The notes below the pieces were generated by a model. The model was given only the letters and a program-made list of their open reading frames with translations. It did not search any database and had not been told where the DNA came from. A stretch of 62,875 nucleotides of DNA, counting the filler, from Stramenopiles sp. TOSAG23-6 (taxonomy: Eukaryota): the NCBI GenBank assembly GCA_900128565.1. It is 9 parts of 9 records of this genome, joined end to end, with 100 filler letters (N's around TTAATTAATTAA, not from the genome) between each part and the next. Parts side by side here need not be neighbours in the genome. Positions count along the whole stretch, not along the records: positions 11,428 to 22,740 come from LT636269.1; 8 more parts are not named here. One strand, given 5' to 3'. The position numbers and the translations under genes are program-made. Numbering within the stretch: the stretch's first letter is position 1; every line of letters starts with the position of its first letter. Below, in pieces: positions 11,428 through 22,840 of this stretch.

Positions 11428-13293
11428 GAGTATTTGATTCAAGTTTGTCATCCGGATTTAGTAGTGTCATATGAACAAGCAGCAGTAAAAGCAAATCAAC
11501 GCGGGGATCCTTGTTTTATATGGAATAAAATGGCAGAATCGTCACTGAGTATAAAAGGCCGAAAAGCAAAGGATTACAAGCAATTGTTTGATGATATTCG
11601 ACCAAATCAAAATGAAGGAGGTCGTAGTTTCGCGGTAGAAGTAAAAAAGGGTGCGGAAGAGTTAATGCGATCAAATGTAGAACGTCGGATCCAACTGTCA
11701 ATTAATCAGGTAGGAGCAAGCGAAAACGTAACAGAAAAGTCATGTCTAGTGAATAAATTGGAAAGTGTGATAATTACAGCATATAAAAGTGCAGCAATAA
11801 GTGGTATAAATACAGCGGCAGTCCCAGTACAACTAGGACTCAATTTAAAAGCAGACGAAGTAGAAAGAGATTTCAATTTTTTGTCGGCTGCAATTAAAGA
11901 AATAAACGGAAGGGAGGATGATAATGAAAGTGGAAGATATTTTAAAACAAAAGGTGGTACACCTTTCGTATCGAAAACTCCAAATAACAGTAAAAGTAAA
12001 GTAAATCGTTCGTTGAATGAAGTCATTGAAAAGGCAAAAGACGAATCATGGGAAAAAATAAAAGAGGGAGATGATGGAAAAGAAGATGATGGAAAAGACG
12101 ATAAAAATATTGATTTAAATAAGAAGNATAACCGCGAAGAGATAGCATATGGAACACTGAGTATGGGAAAGCAAAAGACACCAGGGCAGCACCGATTGAT
12201 CTATAAACTATATAAGCAACATCAGAACGAAATGTTTCAGATTTTGCTGAAACTGGANAAGGGAAAGATCAATGTTTTCTCAGAAAATCCGAGTGAAGAA
12301 GCTGCGGCTATTAAAGTTTTGCCGCTACTAATAAGATTTATGTGGATCGAAGCGAACGATTATGAGTTACGTTTGCTATTGCAATATATTCCATCGATGA
12401 GGGANGATCAGTNTAATTCGTATCAAGAGAAGCATAATATATTCGGAGCTCAGAATATAAGTGGAGCGGTCGGTTTTCGACTNCATCAAAGTGTGCANCT
12501 TCAAGCACAATATTATTTTAAAGCGTTAATGGTCATACCATACACAGAATGCTGTGACCAATTACACAAAGACCTTTCCTCGAGTGAAGGGCANGTNAAT
12601 CAGCANGTTAGATATTTCGCGAAAACAGTAACTGGTATACAATTATTTCATTTGACGNTGANTCAACTACATATTGCAAATCAATATGAAAAGTTCACTC
12701 CGAGAGTGACNAAACTGGCGAAATCAGGTTCTTTTGCACAGCATGCCGCGCACCTCGCGCAAATGTCTGTATGTCAAGGAGCCGAATACAAGTTTGAAGC
12801 AGCATTGGCAGGAGTGAAAAGTCATTTCAGACCAAATGATAATGGAAACAANAANAATGGTAAATATGAGAAAAATCGAAATTTAAGTACAACTAAAACG
12901 GGAATAAATCAGGATTCAATCTATGATTNGAGANGTAATATAAAATGGCAACGTGATTTATGGGAATCNGCGGTTCGAGAATTCAAAAGCGATGCTACAT
13001 CTCAGACAATCGCTAACATGTGTTACAAATGTGGGGNTGTGAAAAACGAGTGCCAAAGTGAAGGGAAATGTACAAAAGTTAAAGGTAAATGCGGTCATGT
13101 TATAGAAGCGGGGACACGGCAAGGGCAAGAATGTTCAGCNATGCACACGGAAAATATGCACAAAATATGGGCAAAATATAACGAGCTCAAGTGGAAACGN
13201 GTANATGAATTCAAACAGAAACGACGGGAAGGTAAAAATGTCANGTGTAATGCAGAGGTAAATCCTAGTGATGATTCTTCGGAGTCTCAGTAG
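11428..13293 (+). CDS. Gag-like protein, 5'-partial
   Basis: 619-aa ORF directly upstream of and in frame with pol; Cys/His-rich C-terminus (CYKCG...C...C...H...H). Confidence 0.75.
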   Translation, partial: EYLIQVCHPDLVVSYEQAAVKANQRGDPCFIWNKMAESSLSIKGRKAKDYKQLFDDIRPNQNEGGRSFAVEVKKGAEELMRSNVERRIQLSINQVGASENVTEKSCLVNKLESVIITAYKSAAISGINTAAVPVQLGLNLKADEVERDFNFLSAAIKEINGREDDNESGRYFKTKGGTPFVSKTPNNSKSKVNRSLNEVIEKAKDESWEKIKEGDDGKEDDGKDDKNIDLNKKXNREEIAYGTLSMGKQKTPGQHRLIYKLYKQHQNEMFQILLKLXKGKINVFSENPSEEAAAIKVLPLLIRFMWIEANDYELRLLLQYIPSMRXDQXNSYQEKHNIFGAQNISGAVGFRXHQSVXLQAQYYFKALMVIPYTECCDQLHKDLSSSEGXXNQXVRYFAKTVTGIQLFHLTXXQLHIANQYEKFTPRVXKLAKSGSFAQHAAHLAQMSVCQGAEYKFEAALAGVKSHFRPNDNGNXXNGKYEKNRNLSTTKTGINQDSIYDXRXNIKWQRDLWEXAVREFKSDATSQTIANMCYKCGXVKNECQSEGKCTKVKGKCGHVIEAGTRQGQECSXMHTENMHKIWAKYNELKWKXVXEFKQKRREGKNVXCNAEVNPSDDSSESQ

Positions 13294-16200
13294 GTCCTTG
13301 TGGCGATGGGGGTGACACCTCAGCGTCACATGGAGAACATATTGGACACCGGCTCCAATACACCGGCGACGTCTACAGCTGAGGGTTTGACAAGTGTTCA
13401 AGCAACTAACGCAGACGTGAGAGGGATCGGCAGTACAGCAAATTGCACATCAGAAGGGGTTCATAGTGGACTGGGATGTACTACATTAGTAATGCCATCG
13501 CTTAGAAGTAATGGAAAAGAAAAGGGAATTTTTCCACCATCGGCATTGATACCTAGTATTAATGTGAATGATAAAGGAAAGCAAGGGGTAGTGCCCTCAA
13601 TAACAATGATGAATGGTAAGATATACGAGCAGAATGCTCGCATTAAGGGAACAAAAGCAAACATNGAATTGCAATTAGAAAAGGATGAAATCGGTGAATG
13701 TAACAAGAATGGAATATGGGTTGTACATGATTTCAGAATGAAAGGACATAAACGTAGTCATATTATTTGTCATGCATCAACTGCAATGATAGTGGAAGAT
13801 CATGAAATGACGCAAATTGAACAAGAACAGGAACGGGAAAAAGGGAATAAGAATTACATACCAGCGATCATGCATGTAGATAAATCCAATTCAATTATGG
13901 ATCGAATCGGTATTGCTCATAGGAAATTGAATCATATGAGTGGATCAGGTATGGCAAAGTTAGCAAGAGTTGGAAAACTTCGAGATTTCGGCATTAGTNA
14001 AGAAGATGTGATACATCTGGACGAATTTGACTGTCTAGATTGTCGCGTTGCCAAGGCTAGACGGAGACCAATGAGAAGGAAAATGAATAAAAACAGTAAA
14101 GAAAAATTAATGAAAAAAGAGCAATATGTAGGTAGAAAAGTGTATTTCGATACAGCTGGACCTTTCCCTCTGAGCATCAGAGGAATGGTCTATAAAGGGG
14201 TAATGAAAGATTACGATACAGGATTGTCATTTGTAAAAGCTACAAAAAGTAAGGCTGAAGTCAGAAATTTCGTAGTGGAAACACAGAAAACTTTCGATGC
14301 TAAATTGAGAATCTTGACAGGATTGAATAAAACTTTTAAGATTATAGAACTTAAAAGCGACGCAGCAAAGGAGTTTATAGGGAAAAATGTGCGACGGGAA
14401 TTCAACATTGGAGGAGCCGTCAGTACAAATACAGGAGGCTATTCTCACTCAAATCATACGGCNGAAAACGCGGTCGGAATAAACATGAGGGACACCAACG
14501 TCGAACTGACAGCTGGTGGGGCACCAGGGAATTTCTGGTGTCTGTGTGCAGANTATGTCGATCTAAAAAGGCGATACATTCCAACTAAGGATAAATNGGG
14601 TAATGAGTACAGGACGGCGATTGAGAGATGCGGCGGCCCTACTACAGATAAGGAAACATGGGAAAAATTACATCCATTTTTTGCACCTACAATCGTTATA
14701 AAAAGGGGTAGTGATAAAAAGGATGTAGGATCAAAAGTCGGAGCAAATGCAGATGAAAGTGCCTTTTGTGGTTACGGCGAAAGTTTCGATGAAGTAATAG
14801 TATACAACTTCCGCAGCTTCATTCTTCAAAGGAGGAGTTGGCAGGATTGTCGAGTCATCAAAAATAAACAATTCCAGATNCAATGGAAAGCAAAAGTCCA
14901 ACATTTATATGCCGTTGGTATNTTAGGTGAAGCTCGAATTGTAAATGGATTACATCATGAAGGTGACGAATTATTTTCACCAGACGATGTAATAGAGAAA
15001 CGGGAAAATGAAAAAAGATTTGTGGAGGCAACAATCCTAAATAAAATGTATATGTTGCCACTACGAACCGAAGCAAAACCGAAAGCTATTAAAATAGAAC
15101 AAGCGAATTTTGACAACTTTTGGTATGAAATTAGGGTAGAGGATACATCTTTAAGTCCGTTNTTAGATGGTCATGTAAANGTAAAGTTCGATGATAAAAT
15201 CGAACGNACAATNAAGCTCCCGTCAGATTTTGACGAAGATTCTCGGACGTTCTTGTTCAAACCAAAAGAAAGTCAATGGTTTCGAACAGCAGAATTAATA
15301 GAAATATCTGAATTGGAGGAGAAATCTAAATCGGAGGAGCNAAGTAAAATAAATGGAAATGTTNTATCCGATTCTTCCTCATTGGAGGAGAAGGATTATA
15401 TGGAAAATGAAAAAGAATCGAAAATAGAATCGAAAATAGAAGATTCAAAAATAGAAGAATCAAAAGTAAAAGATAAAGGTAGTAGTCCGAAAGTATTGCG
15501 AAGAAGTCCAAGATTTCAAGTAATGATGGCTGAAGTAAGTACAGCCGGTAAAATGGAAACGAGATTACAAATGAATTATACTCANAATATAATCTATGAA
15601 TCAACGCCAGAAATTCATCTTAGAAAAAGCGATGTGTTAAAGCCACCAGGTGTATATGAACTCTTTACCAACTGCACAAATAATGTAACGTCAGTAGCTA
15701 AGAGCACTCGTACCAAAGTAGCAATTGCACTCCGAGCATCAAAAGATGAAATAAAANCAGCAACGAATCGTAGAGCAGCAATATATACTGCATTCAGGAC
15801 GCTGGAGAAAATAAATGTGAGTAANAATTCAATGAAAANTATAAAACAAATGATAGAAAGTGAGCTAGACGCTTCAATTGATCAAAATGACCATTTGGAC
15901 GCTAGTCACGCATTACAGATAAGCAACAGTTCAGTTATAATAAATCCAAAAGATGAGAAACAAGTAATGTTGGGTAGTCTTTTATTCGAAGGAGGAGCAA
16001 TAACTGCAATGTCAAATGAAGGTGTTTTTATACAAGACACCGAGATAATGGAAAATGATAGGAAATATAAAAACGAAATGTTAGAATCTTCATCAGATGA
16101 AGAAGAGGATCAAGATGCCGATGTAATAAACGGTATACATAGAGATTTAACGGTAAGAAGCAAAGTATTTGCAGAAACTCATCGAGCTAAATTAGGACCT

Positions 16201-18159
16201 GTGCGCGAAATGCCAGATCCACCGGAAAATAAAAAGCAATANAAGAGGTTAATACCTATATTTAGAAAAATGTTTGGTCTAGCGCAAGCAGACGAAATCT
16301 GTTCACTAATAAGAACAGGGGCAATNGAAATTGATCTATTAATGAANCTNATAGAGAGATACAAAGGGAACTACAAGAAAATGACAAGTAAAATTGTAAT
16401 GAAGATAAAATCGAATATAAACGGACAGTTAGATAAATGTAAGGCAAGATTGGTCGCGAGAGGATTCGCAATGATTAAAGGAATCGATTATACCTTTAGT
16501 TTTGCACCAGTAGCCAAAACTCTAACAATATTATTGCTATTGGCGAGGTTCGCACGAGAACGAGTCANAGCATTTGAAAAGNGTATAAAATGTATATGGA
16601 AAATGCGAACGGGAGACGTAAAAACAGCTTTCCTGAAAGGGAAACTGGAAAAGTTAATGGAAATCATCCTAACACTACCTCATGGGTTGGATTATGATGC
16701 ATTTAAAGCAACGCTAAAATTAGCAGGGTTATGGGAAAAAGAATGGGACGATGAATCAGCTGGGCCATTGGCGATCAGACTGAGAAAATCATTATACGGG
16801 TTAGCTAACGCAGCATATCGATGGAATCGAGCGTTTGGGAAAGCAATTGCTGTAGCAGGATGGGTACCCACGAAAGTGGATCCCGCCACATATGTTTTTG
16901 ACGAGTTACGCGAATGTAATACAAAAGATTGTAGGCGAATAAAAGATAAAGGAAATGGAAATGAAATTATGGATGAATTGGAAATGGAAACTGAAGTATG
17001 GTCATGCGGCTGTAAAAGATTAAGAGGGTTTATGCCTAGTCATGTCGACGATTTTAAAATATTGTATAACGACGACGAGGTAATGGAGAGACTCGAAAGA
17101 GTACTCGAGAACAAATGGAGCGCTAAGGAGATTACATGGACTGACTGTTCAGAGTCCTTTCTGTTTGTTGGTTTAGAGATAGTTATGCGAAAAGACGGTA
17201 CAATTTATATTGGAATGGAATCTAAAATGAAAGATATAGTATATGAATACGAAAATAAAGATTTGCACAAAATCGATTGGTTAAAAGGATGTTTTCTACC
17301 AGATGGAAAATTGAAGCCGCACGAGTTACCTTTACCGTCAGATTTTGATAATGGAAAGTTTGGGAAAGACGAAGAAGCTTTTGAAGCACCGTTTAATTAT
17401 AGAGCACTGATGGGAAAATTAATATTTCCGATCTGCATGTGTAGGCCGGATCTTGCGTATTCTGGAAATGCGATTGGTAGTAAAATGAATGATCCAGGTA
17501 AAAAGGATTATATAGCTTTGTTGCACGTAGCAGGGTATCTTAAGAAACACGGCGAAAAGGGATTAGTATATGGTAGAAAGTTTAATATAATTCAACGTTT
17601 AAACGTAGACGGAAGGATTGTAGAGAAATTATTGTTAGATCCAGATGCACCTTTACAGATTTTTGTAGATGCAGCTTTTTGTGGAGACGCGAAGGGAAGA
17701 TCAGTATCGGGAACAATAATTGCAAGTTATGGAAGCATAATACACTGGAAAAGTCAACGACAAGGTAGCGTTGCATTAAGTACAGGTCACAGTGAATTAA
17801 ATGCTATAATAACTGGCGCGCAAACAGGTATATGGTTGAGAAATCTTCATATCGATTTTGATTGGAATGGCGGGAAGCCGTTGCCACCGTCAGATCTATA
17901 TGAAGACAATANTTCATGCAAAGCACAATGCGAGCATGATACAAATTTCAANGCGACAAGACACGTNACAACTAAGGTTCATTGGATGCGNGAGCACGTG
18001 AACGATCATACTTTTGATATATGGAGTTGTAGTACAGGGTTGATGATCGCGGATATTGGGACAAAATATTTGGCAAGGNTAAAGTTTCATGGATTTGTCA
18101 AGTATATGATGGGAAATCGGAAAATCAGGGAAATTAGATTTGCGTTATCTGAGATGTAA
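13294..18159 (+). CDS. Copia Pol polyprotein (protease, integrase, RT, RNase H)
   Basis: ILDTGS; HRKLNH...CLDC; FDTAGP, LKSDAAKEF; KCKARLVARGF, DVKTAFL, LRKSLYGL, HVDD; FVDAAF, YEDN, MIADIGTK. Confidence 0.93.
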   Translation, partial: VLVAMGVTPQRHMENILDTGSNTPATSTAEGLTSVQATNADVRGIGSTANCTSEGVHSGLGCTTLVMPSLRSNGKEKGIFPPSALIPSINVNDKGKQGVVPSITMMNGKIYEQNARIKGTKANXELQLEKDEIGECNKNGIWVVHDFRMKGHKRSHIICHASTAMIVEDHEMTQIEQEQEREKGNKNYIPAIMHVDKSNSIMDRIGIAHRKLNHMSGSGMAKLARVGKLRDFGISXEDVIHLDEFDCLDCRVAKARRRPMRRKMNKNSKEKLMKKEQYVGRKVYFDTAGPFPLSIRGMVYKGVMKDYDTGLSFVKATKSKAEVRNFVVETQKTFDAKLRILTGLNKTFKIIELKSDAAKEFIGKNVRREFNIGGAVSTNTGGYSHSNHTXENAVGINMRDTNVELTAGGAPGNFWCLCAXYVDLKRRYIPTKDKXGNEYRTAIERCGGPTTDKETWEKLHPFFAPTIVIKRGSDKKDVGSKVGANADESAFCGYGESFDEVIVYNFRSFILQRRSWQDCRVIKNKQFQXQWKAKVQHLYAVGXLGEARIVNGLHHEGDELFSPDDVIEKRENEKRFVEATILNKMYMLPLRTEAKPKAIKIEQANFDNFWYEIRVEDTSLSPXLDGHVXVKFDDKIEXTXKLPSDFDEDSRTFLFKPKESQWFRTAELIEISELEEKSKSEEXSKINGNVXSDSSSLEEKDYMENEKESKIESKIEDSKIEESKVKDKGSSPKVLRRSPRFQVMMAEVSTAGKMETRLQMNYTXNIIYESTPEIHLRKSDVLKPPGVYELFTNCTNNVTSVAKSTRTKVAIALRASKDEIKXATNRRAAIYTAFRTLEKINVSXNSMKXIKQMIESELDASIDQNDHLDASHALQISNSSVIINPKDEKQVMLGSLLFEGGAITAMSNEGVFIQDTEIMENDRKYKNEMLESSSDEEEDQDADVINGIHRDLTVRSKVFAETHRAKLGPVREMPDPPENKKQXKRLIPIFRKMFGLAQADEICSLIRTGAXEIDLLMXXIERYKGNYKKMTSKIVMKIKSNINGQLDKCKARLVARGFAMIKGIDYTFSFAPVAKTLTILLLLARFARERVXAFEKXIKCIWKMRTGDVKTAFLKGKLEKLMEIILTLPHGLDYDAFKATLKLAGLWEKEWDDESAGPLAIRLRKSLYGLANAAYRWNRAFGKAIAVAGWVPTKVDPATYVFDELRECNTKDCRRIKDKGNGNEIMDELEMETEVWSCGCKRLRGFMPSHVDDFKILYNDDEVMERLERVLENKWSAKEITWTDCSESFLFVGLEIVMRKDGTIYIGMESKMKDIVYEYENKDLHKIDWLKGCFLPDGKLKPHELPLPSDFDNGKFGKDEEAFEAPFNYRALMGKLIFPICMCRPDLAYSGNAIGSKMNDPGKKDYIALLHVAGYLKKHGEKGLVYGRKFNIIQRLNVDGRIVEKLLLDPDAPLQIFVDAAFCGDAKGRSVSGTIIASYGSIIHWKSQRQGSVALSTGHSELNAIITGAQTGIWLRNLHIDFDWNGGKPLPPSDLYEDNXSCKAQCEHDTNFXATRHXTTKVHWMXEHVNDHTFDIWSCSTGLMIADIGTKYLARXKFHGFVKYMMGNRKIREIRFALSEM

Positions 18160-18545
18160 AGATATCTAAAGATAATGTTTGATACGCTTAGAGCGAGGTC
18201 AAAAACCCCGTGCCAATACAGTTACTTTTATGGGGACGGGTGTTTCCGGGTACCGGGTTTACCTATGGAATTCAGAATATTTTGGAAAGTATTTTGCAAT
18301 CAATAATAGTTTGGGAATTATACTGGAAATGGAGACGTTGGCACAATTGAAGACAATTGTTTAACGTGGAGGAGAGCTAGATTGAGTAACACGAAATCTG
18401 GACTTATGAACGAATGTTCGTGATGATTGATCGGCCGGTCATATTAAATGAATGGCAGATTGTTCACTCTCTTCGATACCGTTTGTGGTTATATAGTTAA
18501 GATAAGAGTAATAAGGTTATAAGTGTTTGGTTGTTGGCTTAGGGG

Positions 18546-18750
18546 TATTTAGAATATAATTCTAAATACATTATACAATCAAATAAAGTAGAATAGTTAA
18601 TTGGTAAACTGTTTGATTCAGGGTTAAAGTTATATTGATCAAATAGTTATATTACAAACATATCGTTGTGCACGAAATCCGTCACTGCAAATCAAGCTCC
18701 GAGAGAGCAGGTCTGTCTGTTCAGTTTGTTTGTGAACGTTTCATATTTCA
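18546..18750 (+). repeat. Candidate 3' LTR
   Basis: Follows short purine run AGGGG; perfect inverted repeat GTATTTAGAAT/ATTCTAAATAC at 18545-18569; ends ...TTTCA; no 5' LTR available to confirm. Confidence 0.3.
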
Positions 18751-18885
18751 GCACTAAATCTAAAGATTTTTTTTTATTTTTTAAACTTGGCCAACACTTA
18801 CACTTTCTTTTAGTTTAGAACAATTGTGCTAGATTGTTATTCCAAATATCCCATAAAATATATTTGGAATTATTAATTTACTGAA

Positions 18886-21239
18886 ATGATGAAAGGATCT
18901 AACTATAGATACGAAAGGCGTGCATGGTCAAGAAAAGAAGACGAGATAATTGTACGCCTAGTCAAACAATTTGGTGTAAAAAAATGGTCGAATGTCGCAC
19001 TGGAATTAGAAAATCTTATTAGAAATGGTATAAACCGTACAGGTAAACAATGTCGCACACGATGGTTGAACCATTTAGATCCTACAATTAAGCGTGAAGC
19101 TTGGAGTCCTGAGGAAGAAGCAATAATCTATGAGTGTCAAAAAGAAGTTGGAAATAAATGGGCGGAGATTGCGAAACGCTTACCTGGGCGAACAGACAAC
19201 GCAATAAAGAATCACTGGTACTCAACCATGAGACGTAACATGCGCCGCGTAGCGAAAGAAATGTCAAAAAAGATTAAACTGATTGGTGCTCAAAAGGGAA
19301 AGAAAGTTACAATGAAAGACTTAGATAAATCACTGCGAACCGTACATAATATGCCAACATCATTAAATCTTTCTTCACTTTTAGACAACGTCGGAGAGTC
19401 AGATTCAGCTTTATTTCATAGATGTTATAAACTCTTACAATCTACTATTTTAGCAAAAAACTCAACGAATAAAAAAAAGAAACATATTGACGGGAAGAGG
19501 CCTCAGACGATCCAGACTGATTTGTATGGAAACAAAAATTCGATTGTCGATGCACTTGCTGCGTCTCCCTTGGCACTACGTCAAAGTTTGTTGAAAGCAC
19601 TTATAGAGGGAGGCACTACACTAGATAAAATTAGTCCTAAGATGATGCAACAACTTGGTTATCCATCTCTATCTGGCGGCATATCGACAGGCACAACAAG
19701 TTCTATACAGGGAATGTCTACTGCAAAAACTCTAGAAATGTTAAAACTTGCCAAGAGTGGTAGTGGTGGTGGTGGTGCTTCAGGAAATGTAGAGGAAACT
19801 AAAATGAATAATATCGAAATTATGGATAAAGCTAAACTCCATACACAATTACTTGTATCGCTTTTGAATAGAGATGGAGCTGAAGCTTCGTCAGTAAGAC
19901 CCTTGTATGTTGTCCACTTTAATTTAAAATTTAATTTTTTATTATGAAAATTTTGTCCCTAACGAATTTTTGTACACCAAAAAAAATATTTTTCACATTA
20001 CTTTTCGCCATCAGCAAAACGAAGTCCTACCGGTAGACGCTTACGAAGGCCTCCTCCCCAACCTTCAGGTAATACCCCGACAAAGAAAGGCGAATCTTCA
20101 CACTCTAAAATGAAATTTGTTGATAGACTCAAAGTGGAGACAGATAACTTAAATAGTAATAGCAAAATGTTACTACCTTCGTCAGAAACGTGGTACAATT
20201 TAATTTCACCAAACTATGTACGTTTCCATTTTTTTTAATTTTGTTTTTTATTATGAAAGTTTCGTACCTAACAAAACCAATTTAACAATAATTTTTCACA
20301 ATACATTCTACCAAAAAAGGGCGGAAAGGTTTATCTGTAATGCCTGATGCACCACCCATGATAAATGCTCCAGCGGCTCCATTATCATTAGATGCGTTTG
20401 TTAAAGATTTGATGGTAGATAACAATGGTGGGGTTCCAAGTCTATATGGAGTTGACCCATCTGGGCAGAATCAAGGTATTGATGCCCAAATATCTGAATT
20501 ATTCAAGTTAGCATCTTCTCCTAATAGTCCTCTATTTGCCAAACGAAATGAAACAAATGAAACCATGAATATAAAAAATTCAAACAACTCAAATGTCAAT
20601 AAATTAACATCAATGACGAAAACCCCAAAGTCTCCAAGGGCTTTTACATTTGATAATATTGATTCTGTGAATCGTACTAGCACAACAAATCAACGGAATA
20701 TTAGTGTTGCAACAAGTAAAGGTTCAGATCTAATAAATAGTCAAACACCTCATGAACAACTAACACCTGCTACACTTCTAATGCTCGCTGGTCTTTCAAG
20801 TGGTCAATCAAACATTGGAAAATTTGTTTTCCCGTCTCCTCAAAATCTTGCCCTAAACCCTAACCCCAATCCCGCTCCGATACAAAATAGTCCAGAGTCT
20901 CCGCATAATGCTGCGGCATATTCTTTAATGGGCTTAGAGAATGTTTTAGGACCATCAAGTTCCGTATTCTCACCGACGGATTCAAATGCTATTAGAAATG
21001 TACTTGCACAACAAGCAACGACTGTTCAAAAAGATATGGTCCATGCCATGCAAGTCGGTGCAACATCTGCTTTAGCTGCGCATATAAGAAGCGCTGCTGC
21101 ATCAGTGGCAGTTGATAAAACATCCACAACTATCAAGGGAGAACACAACTCTGAATCAAAAGTGTCAAGACCTGTAACTAGGAAAAGACAAAATAATAGC
21201 AAAAACTTTAATGTCACAAAAAAAAATAGAAGTAAGTAA
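18886..21239 (+). CDS. R2R3-type MYB transcription factor; join(18886..19904,20004..20217,20307..21239)
   Basis: WSRKEDE...KWS...[16 protein letters not shown]...WSPEEE...[24 protein letters not shown]; two family introns join three frames. Confidence 0.9.
19905..20003 (+). other. Non-canonical intron (GT-TT)
   Basis: TT|GTATGT...GTCCCTAAC...CACATTACTT; nearby CAT (19998) and CAG (20014) ends are out of frame. Confidence 0.7.
20218..20306 (+). other. Non-canonical intron (GT-AT)
   Basis: AT|GTACGT...GTACCTAAC...CACAATACAT; in frame with 20340 ORF. Confidence 0.85.
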
Positions 21240-21390
21240 TTAATCATCTTTCAGAATATTTTTTACAATAGATGAGTTCAAATAATTCTGTAATATTTAC
21301 ATACTTTATTTCATTATAAATGATAAAATCATATATTAATCAAATTGTTACTATGGTGTAAGATTATATTTATAAGTTTTATAAGTTTTA

Positions 21391-22098
21391 TTAGTATGAA
21401 CGTAAGTATTTTTGAGATCTATGATTGGATTTATCTATGCCCGGCAATTTTTGTACACCCCCAGTTGTTAATTTTTGTATATTTTTCATATTTTCAATTG
21501 TCAATGATTGAAGCGCTAAGTTCATGTCACGAGCTAACTTTTCCTCTCTTTCCTCTCTTTCACGAGGATGCAGTAGTAGATTTTCTTTCATTTCATGCTC
21601 TAATTTCTCTTCCAATTCCTCAATCTCCCAGGAAATTTCTATTTCCAATAAGTCGACTACGTCTATTCCATCTTTGTTGATTGTTGATAGCCACTTATCT
21701 TGGTATTCTTTACGCTTCTGTTCATACTCTTGTTTGAAAGCAGTGAGTTCCTTTGTATTGTATTTTCCTTCTTCAAAAGCCATCAATATTTTCTGCTTCA
21801 AATAAGATAAATAAGCTTGATATCCTCTACGAGCTCGTGCTGCCCTTTTAGCTAACACTCCACGAATAAATGCTTGAATTTTAATTGCGTTTTTGGTTGC
21901 TTGTGCTGCCCTTTTAGCTAACACTCCTCGAATAAATGCTTGAATTTTAATTGCGTTTTCGGTTGCTTGTGCTGCCTTTTTTCGTATATCTTTTTCTACT
22001 GCTTGTACAACTTGTGGTTCATTCGCTAAATAGTACATTGCTTTTACATTTGAAACGATGCACATTGTGAATATACAAAAGAGACTTTTTGATTTCAT
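21391..22098 (-). CDS. Hypothetical protein with putative signal peptide and two duplicated IQ motifs
   Basis: AIKIQAFIRGVLAKR x2 from a 60-bp tandem duplication; hydrophobic N-terminus. Confidence 0.65.
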   Translation of the reverse strand: MKSKSLFCIFTMCIVSNVKAMYYLANEPQVVQAVEKDIRKKAAQATENAIKIQAFIRGVLAKRAAQATKNAIKIQAFIRGVLAKRAARARRGYQAYLSYLKQKILMAFEEGKYNTKELTAFKQEYEQKRKEYQDKWLSTINKDGIDVVDLLEIEISWEIEELEEKLEHEMKENLLLHPREREEREEKLARDMNLALQSLTIENMKNIQKLTTGGVQKLPGIDKSNHRSQKYLRSY

Positions 22099-22379
22099 TT
22101 TGAAGAATATAAAATACGCTGACTAATTAAATTTTGTTATAAAACACTAATAAAGAGGACAAGCCAGGGGTAAAATTCAACTCTTTGTATATGATGTACG
22201 GAGAAAAATTCCAATTGTCGTTCCGGTGATTTTCAATATTATAACCGACATCCGTTACCCTTTGGACATCCTTTCGTCTGTTTTTTCTTGCAACACCATA
22301 ATATATCATACAGTACTATACTTTATTATACAAAGTATATAAGCAGAAAACAAGACCAAAAAGACAAAAGTATTTTACA

Positions 22380-22740
22380 ATGAACATAACATATGTATTC
22401 TTTCTTTTCTTGGTTGTATTGTATAACACAGCGTTTATTGTACACGCCATGGATCCAGAAATGGAAGAGAAACCTTCGACAACTGACTTTCCAAAGTCGC
22501 TTTTGAACAGTATTTTTGAACTTCTACAACTAAATGATCAAATCATTCATTCCGGAACACAATTGGGCACCGAAGGTCATAATGCAAGGAGTGTATTACA
22601 GCAAATGAGGAAGAGTGTTGATAAAGCGAAATCTATTTTAGCAGGAGTACCATCACCAGCAAGAGCTGAAGTACCAACACCACCAGAAGAGGAAAAAGGA
22701 AGAGGATCAGAAGTACCAACACCACCAGTACCAACACCAC
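22380..22740 (+). CDS. Putative secreted hypothetical protein, 3'-partial
   Basis: Signal-peptide-like N-terminus; EVPTPP repeats up to contig end. Confidence 0.55.
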
Positions 22741-22840
22741 NNNNNNNNNNNNNNNNNNNNNNNNNNNNNNNNNNNNNNNNNNNNTTAATTAATTAANNNN
22801 NNNNNNNNNNNNNNNNNNNNNNNNNNNNNNNNNNNNNNNN

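Larger units (their letters stand above)
11428..18750 (+). mobile_element. Ty1/copia LTR retrotransposon, 5'-truncated by contig end
   Basis: gag then PR-IN-RT-RNaseH order; many isolated N bases confined to the element; 3' boundary tentative. Confidence 0.9.
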
